The position numbers and the translations under genes are program-made. Below, in pieces: positions 54,345 through 64,000 of a stretch of DNA of 64,000 nucleotides (position 1 is its first letter; each line of letters opens with the position of its first letter). Origin of the DNA: Diplonema japonicum. Taxonomy: Eukaryota; Protista; Euglenozoa: Diplonemea. The notes under the pieces were generated by a model. That model was given only the letters and a program-made list of their open reading frames with translations. It was not told where the DNA came from and searched no databases. The stretch lies in assembly GCA_964019335.1 (NCBI GenBank), contig OZ025656.1, positions 682,001 to 746,000 on the forward strand, written 5' to 3'.

Positions 54345-54802
54345 AACTTGTTTTTCCTTCACAGGGTAAGAGACATCAGACAAATTTACTACGAAGAGAG
54401 GAGAACAAGAAGGGTCCGGTGATGCCTGCTTTGACCACGAAGAAGGTTGCAGTGGCGAAAACAGTGAAAATCGGAAGGCCAGGGTACCAAGTGCAAAGGA
54501 AGCGCAACCCCACCAACAACCAGAGGATACTAAACTTCCAGGTCCACTACCCCGAGATCCAGGAAGGGGTGAAGCCGAGACACCGCTTCATGTCGTGCTA
54601 CGAGCAGAAGAAGGAAGTACCGAATCCCAGCTACCAGTACATCCTCTTTGCGGCAGAGCCTTACGAGACCGTTGGCTTTAAGATCCCATCAGATGACATA
54701 GACACTGACGCCGACACCTTCTTCACCACCTGGGACAAAGAAAAGCAGATCTTCACACTCGAACTTGCCTTCAGCCTTAAGAAAGGTCCCCCTCGGGCGT
54801 AA
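54061..54802 (+). CDS. SF3A2: Splicing factor 3A subunit 2 (SF3a66/Prp11)
   Basis: KDPWYNRNMLGHVECRLC…HAQGKRHQTN, KIGRPGY and FAAEPYETVGFKIP. Introns 54097-54155 and 54270-54364. Confidence 0.92.
54276..54339 (+). repeat. Poly-T tract of 64 nt inside SF3A2 intron 2
   Basis: Uninterrupted T run. Confidence 0.9.
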
Positions 54803-54883
54803 GCATCATAGTGTAGTCCTAACCACATACACCTTGCAGAGTGTTGACAATAATCTCATCAGAACAGCACACAACACACACAT

Positions 54884-55999
54884 ATGGGGGGCGGGATGAC
54901 AAATGAGCAGAAGCAGTTGAGGATTGCTGCCTTGCAAGAGCGCTTAAAAATAGCTAGAGACACAAAGGAGCAAGCGGAGAAGGAGACAACAGAGCTGTCA
55001 GCGTCGATTAAAAAGGCGAACTCTGAGGTGAGCAAGAAGAATGACGAGGTAAAGAAGCTGAAGATGTTCAAAATAAGGCTGCAGCAGAGCGTTGAGAACG
55101 AAGAGGACTACATTACAAACAACCTAACGAAGAGGCTGGACGCTCTGCAGAAGGAGAAGGAGGCGCTGTTAACGCAGGCGCAGAAGGAAGAGGAATTCAT
55201 TTCAAACACGCTGCAGAAGAAGCTGAAGGGCTTGAAACAGGAGAAGATAGATGCGGAGAACAGACTCGAACAAGAACAAGAGTACATTGTGAACAAGCTG
55301 CAACAGGAGCTCATGAAGGTCAGTGATGAGAGGTCGCAGCTACATGGGAAGCTGCACAGTTCAAGGGGGAATTTATTGCAGCAGCTGAGTGAGCAGGCGG
55401 CACAGCAGGGTGCAAACGGAGAAGACCCGAGCACCATAGACGAGCTGACGTCAGAGATCAGCAGGCTTCTGGACGAACACAAAAATGCGGAGGCGCGGCT
55501 GCGGGCAAACGACAGCGAACGGAAGAAACTACACACCATGCTGGAAACCCTGCAGAAGGAGAGTAAGAGCAGAGAACGGGAACAGCATGCGTTGAAGAGC
55601 GAGCTGGAAAGGGTGACTGAAGAGAGGAAGAATTTGTTCATCGCTGCCGAGCAGGTCTTAGAGAAAAAGATCAACAGCACGCTGCGCAACAAGAAGAGGA
55701 GGCCGGGGTGCAGGTTGAGGTCAGCCTCTGAGCTGTCCGACTCGCTAAGCTCCAGCCTCTGCTCTTCTTCCGCGATCTCGACTCCCAAGCTGTACGACCA
55801 GCACTCTATCTCCTCTGCGTCCACGTCCGTAAGCGACAAAAGGCGTTCCTCTTCTGTACCTCTGTGCCGCTCGCCCACACAACAGTACAGCACAGTGCCT
55901 GTCCCGCACTACTCGTCTACTTTTCTCCCTCCCACTACACCCACCCTCCAGCCCGCGAAGCAACGCATTACAACCCCTGGTTTCGTCACACCTTTGTAA
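54884..55999 (+). CDS. CCDC6-like coiled-coil protein
   Basis: Repeated EEDYITNNL / EEEFISNTLQKK / EQEQEYIVNKL units typical of CCDC6 (DUF2046). Confidence 0.8.
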   Translation: MGGGMTNEQKQLRIAALQERLKIARDTKEQAEKETTELSASIKKANSEVSKKNDEVKKLKMFKIRLQQSVENEEDYITNNLTKRLDALQKEKEALLTQAQKEEEFISNTLQKKLKGLKQEKIDAENRLEQEQEYIVNKLQQELMKVSDERSQLHGKLHSSRGNLLQQLSEQAAQQGANGEDPSTIDELTSEISRLLDEHKNAEARLRANDSERKKLHTMLETLQKESKSREREQHALKSELERVTEERKNLFIAAEQVLEKKINSTLRNKKRRPGCRLRSASELSDSLSSSLCSSSAISTPKLYDQHSISSASTSVSDKRRSSSVPLCRSPTQQYSTVPVPHYSSTFLPPTTPTLQPAKQRITTPGFVTPL

Positions 56000-56433
56000 C
56001 CTCAGTTTATCTGTTGTTACATGCTGGCCTCCTGTCTATCAGGTCATGGGGACGGTTTTACTTCCCTCCATACCTTCGAATGCACAAGGCATATCCCGCT
56101 CCCTTTCCTATACCCCCCCTTTTTTTTAAATTATCCTTTGGTTTCTGTTACTTTCCTCTTACTCACCAACCATTACTATTTTTGCTTTTTTTCCATATCC
56201 CTGTTTCATACTCCACTCCCATGGCCGCGAGCTATGGCGGCAGGACCCCCATGTCCACTCATTCCTTTCCCTTCGGCCACGCTTAGTGTTGACACACAGG
56301 TTGGTGCAGCCTTGCTTATACACAGGCTGTCTAGCTTGACAGACCTGACTCTTGGCAGCGTCATCTATTAGTGTAGTGATGTCATTATTTTCAAGATATG
56401 AATACCATTCCATCATTATACAGACAGGCAAAC

Positions 56434-58899
56434 ATGGGGTGCTGCGGCAGCAGTGAGAAACCTGTGACTCAGGGACATGAGCCCACAAAGGCATCGTCAC
56501 CTACATCACCCAGGGCGTCACCTGGTGGGTCCCCGAAAAGCAGCACACATAAGAAGCAGGCTGAACTCAAATCAGGTGTATCGAGCCCAACCCACAACGG
56601 TGAGTCAAACTGGAAGAGGGCATCAAGGCAGCATTCTCAGCATGACATTTCAGGACCCCACCACACTTATCACACAAAGCCGCCGATCGAATGGAGGGAC
56701 TGGAACCATGCGTTCGCAAAGAAATACGACATCAAGTACGAGATCGGGAAGGGCGCATACGGCTCGGTGTGGAGGGCCTCGCATATCGAGAGCCATGCGA
56801 AGGAAGGGCACGTGCACGCTGTTGCAGCGAAGGTAGTTTCAAGAAAGGAAACTGACGACTTCGGATGGACGATGGCCCTCTCAGAGATGGAGATCATCAG
56901 GTCTCTGTCGCACCCAAACATCGTGGGATTCAGGGACTCCTTCGTCTCGAATAACTACATCATCACAATTATGGAGATGTGCAGAGGAGGCGAGCTGCTG
57001 TGCTCAGTCTCCGAACACGTTCAGATCTACACAGAGAACATCGTGATGCGCATCATGACTAACGTGTTGGACGGCTTGGCACACATGCATGAAATGGGTG
57101 TCTGCCACAGAGATCTGAAACCTGCAAACTTACTCATCAAAAAGAAGCTCCGTCACCAGGAGGCTAGTCTCTTGGAGAAGGTTCGTCACGAACTGGAGGA
57201 GAAGCAGCACGAGACAGAGCACCCCAAACACCACCGTCCTGCTTTCCAGAGCATTGGGTCCTCTGGCAGGCACTCGTCCATAGACATGAAGTCTCCCGTG
57301 TTCCACAATATTTCAGGCAACCATTCAAGCAACTTCGCCAGCGTCTCGTCTCTCCGTGAAAGTGAGATCGCTGAGTACTGCAGTGACGATGTTGTGTCAC
57401 ACCTCTCAAGCAGTGTTGCCATCTGCGACTTTGGCATGGCTGTACGCTTTGTGCGAGGCGAGCCCTTCCCTTCGGTGTGCGGGTTGGTAGGGTCACCCAT
57501 CTACTGCCCCCCAGAACTGCTGTGCTTGATGCTGAAGGATGGGAAGGGTGTGATGGCCCCCCTGTCTGAAACCCTCAAGGGTATCTACGAGGATGTCGAG
57601 ACTTACAACGAGACGTGCGACATCTGGTCCATCGGCATCGTCACGTACATCCTGCTCGTCGGGTACCACCCCTTCATGCAGGAGAAGACCGTGACCAACC
57701 TGAGCGAGATCATGAACTCCATCATCGTGGAGGACATCACCTTCACCGAGGCTGCGTGGGATAACATCTCAGACGATGCGAAGGACTTCGTGAAGCTGTG
57801 CTTGGAGAGGGACTACGAGAAGAGGATCGACGCGAAAAGTCTTCAGGAGCACAGATGGCTAAAGGGTGAGGGCAACGACGTGAGGCTGCGTCTCCCTGTG
57901 GAGCACCATCACAACCCGCTCGAGATGAAGATCTCTCTGGCGCTGAAGACAGGCGAGACGTTCGGTGTGACACTGGACAAGGACATGAAGGTCACATACG
58001 TGAGGCCAGGTAGTGCTGCATCGAGGAGTGGAGTGGAGGAAGGGATGGCGTTGTTAGGGTTGGTGGGGAGGGAACGGCAGCTGAGTATAGAGGAGGTGGA
58101 CCAGGCCCTGCACTGCGATGGCGGGGCCTCGATAAAACTACAGGCAGGGACAGGGGGCCCTGTTCATAGCCCGATCAGGAGGCTTGTCGAAGCACAAGGA
58201 GTGGACTGCAACACGCCCCGTGAGTCGAATCACCCAGGGCTGGCACTGCTGCGACTGGTTATACAAGAGAGGGAAGAGTCGAGGTGGATGGGGCCTGGGC
58301 AGAGCATCTCGTGGGACGAGAAGTCGTTGAAAGCGTCGAATGAGATCATGATGACGATAGAGTCATCGCTGGACTCACGGGACGGAAGGAACAAGACGGC
58401 ACTGCAGAGGCTGATGACGGACCTGAAGGACCACCACCCGGAGCATGTGTGGTTCGTGCTGCATGACAGCGCTGACGAGCTGGATGACTATGTGAACCAG
58501 CTGGAGGCTCATGATTCTTTCCACTTGAGGTTCTCTATAGGGCCTAGAGGGTTCCTTGTGATCGGAGGACATGGGAGCAGGGACAGGGTCTCCGTTGACT
58601 CACGGCCCAACATGAGTGGGAAGGAGATGAAGGAATTCAGAATCGAGGGCACGAACCTCCCTGGCAAGATCATCCAGCAATTGTTCTCACAAATCACGAC
58701 CGAGGGCATCGACATTGTCTGGGTCACGCGGTTCATGACGGAGCACTACCCTGAGTACACATGGATCATCTCACTCGGCTCCATCCTCGGCGAATCCGGC
58801 TGCACCGCCCCCTGCGAGCCGTACCTCAACCTCATCTACCAACATCACATGATCCACTGCTATGGCTTCCGGACAAAGTACCTTCGCCTAAAGGTCTAA
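56434..58899 (+). CDS. CAMK-group Ser/Thr kinase with N-terminal acylation motif, catalytic-loop insert, PDZ-like domain and duplicated C-terminal module
   Basis: MGCCGS start; GKGAYG, VAAK, HRDLKPAN, DFG, GSPIYCPPE and DIWSIG; ETFGVTL…VRPGSAASRSG (PDZ-like). Confidence 0.88.
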   Translation: MGCCGSSEKPVTQGHEPTKASSPTSPRASPGGSPKSSTHKKQAELKSGVSSPTHNGESNWKRASRQHSQHDISGPHHTYHTKPPIEWRDWNHAFAKKYDIKYEIGKGAYGSVWRASHIESHAKEGHVHAVAAKVVSRKETDDFGWTMALSEMEIIRSLSHPNIVGFRDSFVSNNYIITIMEMCRGGELLCSVSEHVQIYTENIVMRIMTNVLDGLAHMHEMGVCHRDLKPANLLIKKKLRHQEASLLEKVRHELEEKQHETEHPKHHRPAFQSIGSSGRHSSIDMKSPVFHNISGNHSSNFASVSSLRESEIAEYCSDDVVSHLSSSVAICDFGMAVRFVRGEPFPSVCGLVGSPIYCPPELLCLMLKDGKGVMAPLSETLKGIYEDVETYNETCDIWSIGIVTYILLVGYHPFMQEKTVTNLSEIMNSIIVEDITFTEAAWDNISDDAKDFVKLCLERDYEKRIDAKSLQEHRWLKGEGNDVRLRLPVEHHHNPLEMKISLALKTGETFGVTLDKDMKVTYVRPGSAASRSGVEEGMALLGLVGRERQLSIEEVDQALHCDGGASIKLQAGTGGPVHSPIRRLVEAQGVDCNTPRESNHPGLALLRLVIQEREESRWMGPGQSISWDEKSLKASNEIMMTIESSLDSRDGRNKTALQRLMTDLKDHHPEHVWFVLHDSADELDDYVNQLEAHDSFHLRFSIGPRGFLVIGGHGSRDRVSVDSRPNMSGKEMKEFRIEGTNLPGKIIQQLFSQITTEGIDIVWVTRFMTEHYPEYTWIISLGSILGESGCTAPCEPYLNLIYQHHMIHCYGFRTKYLRLKV

Positions 58900-59232
58900 G
58901 AGAGTACAAATAGGATTTTTTTTTTAAAGAACTGTTTTTGTTTTTGCTTTTTTATTTGATCAAGTGGTTTTTTCAGGCGTCCTGCCACATACCGCAGGTA
59001 CCCTTAAATGTCTCTTTTTTTCTTTTTTCTTTTTTTTTTCTCCCCCCCTTTCTTCCCCTTTATCTCCGGTTTACCTTTTTCTTTTTTTTGACATCGACAA
59101 GAAGGCGGTGAGGATCAAGCGGATCCTGGATACGCTGCAAGCGACATGGATGAGGGAGAAGAGGAGACGCGCTTTTCCGGCGCAGTCATGCAAGAACGTG
59201 AGATCACTACGATCCATTGGCCGCGACCACGT

Positions 59233-59285
59233 CGTTGGCTTTGATAGGAGGGCCCTGTTTGCATCGGGGCTGACGGCGACCAAGC
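59233..59285 (+). repeat. Dispersed degenerate repeat, copy 2
   Basis: Matches 53509-53560. It also folds into a G-U-rich hairpin (GTCGTTGGCTTTGAT/ATCGGGGCTGACGGC). Confidence 0.55.
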
Positions 59286-61010
59286 TGAAAGGACTGAGAG
59301 AAGATTACCGGAAAGAAAGGATTGGAAGATATAAACGAGAGCTAGGCACTACGGTGGGTAGCAGGGAACGACCCCAAAAGGGGAGCATCATAAGGTAGGC
59401 ACGCCACCGCGGCGGGCCGTTGCTAACCACTTCGTTCCTATCATAGTGAATTTTTTTTTTTGGGAGAGTTTCTGAACAGGGGGTCTAGGCTGATCTTAAA
59501 GTTGTTTCATAAAAGAACCGGCACCAAGACACAAGTTTGACACCCTATTCAGAAGATGAGCCCATTTTTTTTTATTCTACAATGCTGTTTTCCAAGAGAA
59601 AGAACAAAAAAAAAGAAAAGAATGCAAAAGGAAAAAGAAGAATTTGAGGGTGGGGGGGGTGTTTTTTTTTGAGGGGTGTTCACACACTTTGCACTTTTGC
59701 TGAACCAAAGATTTCCCCCCCCCCTAAAAAAGAAGTTTTTTAAAGAAAACCCAGCTGGTGAGAACGCGTGAGAACGGGAGGTCTCGCAAGGGACCCCCTT
59801 CATGATGGTTTTTTTTCTCATCTCCCCCCCCCCCCCCCCCCCTGGGTTCTTTCTCTAGCGACTCTGGCGTCTGTAGCGATAAAGTGGCCTCCTGATCCTC
59901 TTCTCTTTTTTTTTTTATATTACAATAAAAGACAACAGAACAGCAGAACGCTGGAACAAAAGGGAATCTTGAGATCTCTTCCCCGACCCTTAAATAGGTG
60001 TACTGTCGTTTAGGGTACGTATTTACCTTCGTGGGGACATACATCTGCCCGAGACGGAAATGTTTCCCGGTTTATAAACTACTCCCAGGTTTCTACCCGG
60101 CACGCACAGACAACTGCTAGTTGGCTGACTCGTTTTTTTGGGAAAAGAAAAGAGGAAAAAGAAAAGGAGCACATCCTGCAACCTGAGCTACTGTCTGCCC
60201 ACAGGACGAAATACAATTTGTAATTTTTTTTTTCTTAACGATTCTTTTTTTTTTTTTCTTGCATGAACAAAGAAAAACAATGAATTGTTATTGCTAAAAA
60301 GAGTAGTGGTGGCATTGTTGGGCTTATCCTTCTACAGGTTAACCCCCCGGCTGTGCACAAACAACAATCAACCGGCTCTTTTTTCCCCAAAAGGAGGAAG
60401 GTGATGGAAGGTCACGAAAGCGATCATCCGCACCTACCTGCCTTTGCTTCCTTTTTTGCCCCCAAAGGGCGGCCCTCTTGCAGGGGGCTTGTCCTGTACT
60501 TTGAGTTTTTTTTCCCCTTCTTTTTTTTTGGATAAGAAATTTATTATCAGTACTAAAAGACTATTTCGTAGGTAGCACAGTTTGCATAAATGACCTTTTT
60601 TTTATTTTAAGGCCAGCAAGTGCTAGTGCGCACAATCAGACGCCAGAGAATAGTTGCCCCCCCCCCCCCCCCCCCGCTAAGGTCGTTATTCTGTACTTCT
60701 TTGCCAAAGAGAAGAAGGGGGAAAGATGGGTAAGGAAAAACATCAAAAGACACTCCTATTCTTTTTTTCCCCTCCCTCCTTTCCTGCTGATGCCGCCCCC
60801 CCCCCCCCCCCCCCCGGTTGGTTATTCTTATATTCTTCTTCAGTTTTTTATTTTATTTTTTTATCTTTCTATTTACCCCCTTTTTTTTTGAGAAAGAAAA
60901 AATCACTCTTTTCCCCCATTTTTTTGTTTTGCTGTTTTTTTTTTTTTTTTAGAGCAAATCGAGAAGGACGTTCCCCCCTTGAAGCGTAAAGGTATTGTGA
61001 GCAAAAGAAG

Positions 61011-62996
61011 ATGGATGTTGACGCTCTGTTCAGGGGCGTGAAGCTAGAAGACGTGAAGACAGTTGAGAAGTGGTGCAAAGGCGGTGGTGATGTCAACATC
61101 ATAGACCCGAAGACCTTTAAGAAGAGCACGCCGTTGCACTGGGCGGCGTACACGGGGTCTGCTGATGTGATCACTGTGCTTCTGAACTACAATGCTGACG
61201 TGAACGCGCAGGAGACTGACAAGCGTGTCCCCCTCCACCTTGCCGCCTTTGAAGGTCACTACGAAGCTGTGGAACTGCTGCTGAGTGCGGGTGCTGACTA
61301 CACTGTGCGTGACACACCAGGCAAGACGCCGTGCGAGGTCGCCATCATGAACGAGCACATCGAGGTCGCTCGTCTGTTCCCCAACTTCAAAGAAGTGGAG
61401 CACGCGAAGGGCTCCTCAGGCGACAACAGTGTCTTCAACAACAGCAACATCAACACCTCTCTCTCGTCCTCCCCCTTCGCCGCACCCCAAAGGCCATCCC
61501 TCACGCAGCCCCCCCCTAGACTCCACGCAGGAAACTACCACCGTCGTCTCTCCGAAGCCCACGAAGACGACTTCCCCAAAAGAGTCTCCCCCAAACGGTC
61601 TCCGCCACGCTCCTTGGAACCTGTTGACTCCGATCCCCCCGAAGCTTTCATAATTAGTGCCGGGCCTGACGCCTACCCAGTCGAGGGTACCTTCACCTTG
61701 GTCAAGGGCGGCAGCTGGGAGGGCATGCCCGTGTGGGAGTGTCACCAGCCTGACACAGGCAGGACAGGCTGCATATACTCCGGTACCAACGGGCTGTGGA
61801 TCATCACGGAGGATGTTTGGTATGTTCTTTTGTATTGTTTCTGAGCAAAGCACAGCCACATGAACGATGACTCTGGGCTGGTGACCTCTGCGCACAAGCA
61901 CGAGGGGGCGCTGCCCCACGAGATCCAGCAGTGGGAGTCGCACAACGGTGTTGATTGGGCGCTGGACAGGAGCATCGACGTACGCGCAGTCAGGCCAGGT
62001 GTCAAGAAGACGAACACATATATCGTGCCTGTCACACGGGACACAGAATCTGCTAGAGAACGGGAGAGGGACAGTGCCAGAGACAGAGACTCGCGCGATT
62101 ACGGAAGAGATCACAGGGACAGTGCCAGGGACTACGGCAGAGATAGCACCCGGGACTACAGGGACAGTGCCAGAGACCATGGCAGAGACAGACGCCAATC
62201 AACGAAAGCCTCGGTCTACAGATTAGAAGATGAAGAAGACCACGAGAGGAGGAGCTGGTTCGCCCAAGAGGAAAGGTCGAGGCGGCATATCGAGAAGCGC
62301 AACAAGAAAGAGCTAAGAGAGATCGTGGAAGAGAACGGGTCCTTCCCCAGCCCCGACAGGGACAGCGCGAGGTACAGTGAACCGCATAGCGCAATGGAAG
62401 CTGCTGCTAAACGGGCGCTACTGGGACCTGGGGAGTTTAATAATTATATCGAGGAGAAGGAGAAGAGGAGAATGGAGCGCAGAATGGAGAGAAGGAAGGA
62501 AAGGGAAGAGTACAGGTCGCAGAGAAGGGCGCAGAGGAGGAAGGAGAGAGAGATGTATAAAGAGATGAAGAAGAAGAAGAGCCGGAGTAGAAGCAGGAGC
62601 AGAGTGCGAGACATTGACGATTCGTATTCGTATGAACGGGACAGAAGTGTAAGGAGGAGCAGGAGCAGGCGTAGGGAGAGACGTGGGCAGTCGAGGTCGC
62701 CCGCAAGGTCTGTGAGGTCTGTGAGGTCTGTGAGCAGGAGTTCTGTGAGATCGCGATCGTCGTATGGCAGCAGGAGGTCCAGGAGGTCCACTTCCAGGAG
62801 GAGGGCACGCTCCCGCTCCTGCGCCTCTTCTGACACTGGTGAGGTCAACCACAGGAAGCCATGGCTCCCTCCTGGCTCCTCTTCGTCCGTCACAGGAAAA
62901 CGAATCAATTATGGCTTCACTGACTATAACACACACCTGGCAGGCTGGGATGACTACAGCCCTGCTCGCTCACGCAGTGGTCGTAGCTACTACTAA
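61011..62996 (+). CDS. Ankyrin repeats + Trp/Gly/Tyr module + RD/RS-rich tail
   Basis: TPLHWAA, VPLHLAA and GKTP ankyrin motifs. Intron 61820-61855. RDSARDYGRD repeats at ~62056-62190 and an RS domain. Confidence 0.85.
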
Positions 62997-63491
62997 GCCA
63001 TGCATCAAACCAAGTAAGCAGAGGTGGATGTTGCTTGCTGGTGTGCAAAGAAGAAGGGTTCTCTTCATTCACTTTATGCAAAGAAGAGGTGTTCGTAGAT
63101 GTAATCTTTAATTTCTTTTTTTTCTTTTTGAACGAAATATCCGAGGGGAAAAAGAAACAAAAAATAATGAAAAGTCCCCATTCCCCAGTCCCTTCCCAAA
63201 GATAAGGCAGCTTCGACCCCCGTCTATTTGGCATCAGTCAAAGAAAACTGCAAAAGGAATAAAATAAAATAAAAAGGTCGGAAGTCACCCCTCCCCTGTT
63301 CCCCTCCATCACCTTGTTTAACACCCATGTCTACAGTAACCTTTCATTATTAAAAGCGTCAGATACCGCACCTACTTCCCTCTGGAAGGTTGTGTCCTCC
63401 TGGGTTTTGGGGGGTTTGTTTTTTCTTATTGTAATAATATTGTTGCATTTTTGTTCGTGCCCCATCCACGCAGGGTGGCCAGTAGATGTAG

Positions 63492-64000
63492 ATGCCTCCT
63501 GCTCCCGTTGACGGCTCGGTACCACTCACGGTGTGGAGGGAGTTCCTGAAAGGTGAGTGTGAGTATCCAGAAGATGTGTGGGTGTGGGTTATGCAGAGTG
63601 AGGACTGCGTTGATTTCCAGTACAGAATCAGGGGAGTATTTGAGGCATGGCTCTTCGACAAGCAGAAGCCGTCGAAGAAGAGGCTGGGCATGGTGAAGAA
63701 ACGTGCACTGCACATCACACGGAGGTACCTTCCTGACAATGCATCTCTTCTCCTTTGTACTGACACTGTGTACCCAGACTGTCTTATGGATCCTTGCTGT
63801 TCATACTTGGACAGTGTCAGCACCTCGTGCCTCCCGACAGAGCGCAGCTGGTTCGTAGCCGTTCTCACCGCCGCCCTTCAGACATTTATGAAGATAGATG
63901 ACAGCAACGCGGAACTGATCGCAAAACGAAGCTACACTGAACAAGACAGGGGCCCGCGATGCCTTGCTGCCAACGCAGTCATCTCCATGTGTCTGTGTTG
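63492..64000 (+). CDS. Hypothetical protein, truncated by the window end
   Basis: Open frame from ATG 63492 (MPPAPVDGSVPLTVWREFLKG…) to the end of the window with no stop. It is absent from the ORF track. Confidence 0.6.
   Translation, partial: MPPAPVDGSVPLTVWREFLKGECEYPEDVWVWVMQSEDCVDFQYRIRGVFEAWLFDKQKPSKKRLGMVKKRALHITRRYLPDNASLLLCTDTVYPDCLMDPCCSYLDSVSTSCLPTERSWFVAVLTAALQTFMKIDDSNAELIAKRSYTEQDRGPRCLAANAVISMCLC

Noticed and set aside
20085-54802. Functional cluster of splicing genes (GCFC2, U2SURP, PRMT5, SF3A2)
   Set aside because: They are interspersed with unrelated genes, and four of 34 could be chance without synteny data.
2847-56433. Upstream ORF-track starts at 2847, 6353, 12167, 18005, 19093, 36636 and 56398
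   Set aside because: Most are TTG/GTG starts, and they extend through pyrimidine-rich spacers or introns. Nearby ATGs fit homology and acceptor position better.
58964-59398. 144-aa ORF as an intact gene
   Set aside because: It has a GTG start, a poly-F N-terminus and no convincing domain. It is treated as a possible relic under the dispersed repeat finding.
62056-62190. Tandem repeats resembling a repeat-spacer array
   Set aside because: They are in-frame coding repeats (RDSARDYG) without unique spacers.
241-63868. Long minus-strand ORFs (e.g. 6392-7783, 1963-2772, 20162-20971, 50813-51715)
   Set aside because: They are antisense shadows of + strand genes with biased codon use and carry no recognisable motifs.
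1-64000. tRNA, rRNA, SL RNA, snRNA genes, CRISPR arrays and intact transposons
   Set aside because: I recognised no cloverleaf, SL exon, repeat-spacer array, or RT/transposase motifs by eye. A covariance-model scan would be needed to exclude small RNAs.

Overview
This is a gene-dense eukaryotic (protist) window, most likely from a diplonemid euglenozoan. That assignment is an inference from a trypanosomatid-like pyruvate kinase and TUTase, plus a kinetoplastid-like unidirectional gene array that carries many introns. I reconstruct about 34 protein genes, all on the + strand, often only 45-100 nt apart and often with a CAG just before the ATG. This fits polycistronic transcription with SL trans-splicing. 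About 47 tiny GT-AG introns (mostly 30-47 nt, donor GTATG, AC-rich acceptor) explain the fragmented ORF track. Recognisable genes: argininosuccinate synthase, a TUTase, Nup107, TrmH/SpoU, GCFC2/PAXBP1, RPL8, an SDR, an A1 aspartic protease, pyruvate kinase, U2SURP, PRMT5, MDP-1, p24/TMED2, an AP mu subunit, SF3A2, CCDC6-like and a CAMK-group kinase. The most unusual items are: (1) a four-TM membrane protein fused to a histone stem-loop-binding (SLBP) RNA-binding domain, with a TM-only paralog 15 kb away; (2) an unnamed ~95-aa Trp/Gly/Tyr module shuffled into three unrelated proteins; (3) an APH-kinase/NMNAT-fold fusion next to a bacterial-type TIM-barrel epimerase and MDP-1; (4) an RRM-ZnF-TUTase with helical repeats; (5) a TIR-LRR protein, a tail-anchored TrmH, a hidden His-tailed microprotein, and several structured intergenic RNA-like islands. 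All family assignments are by motif recognition; no searches were run.
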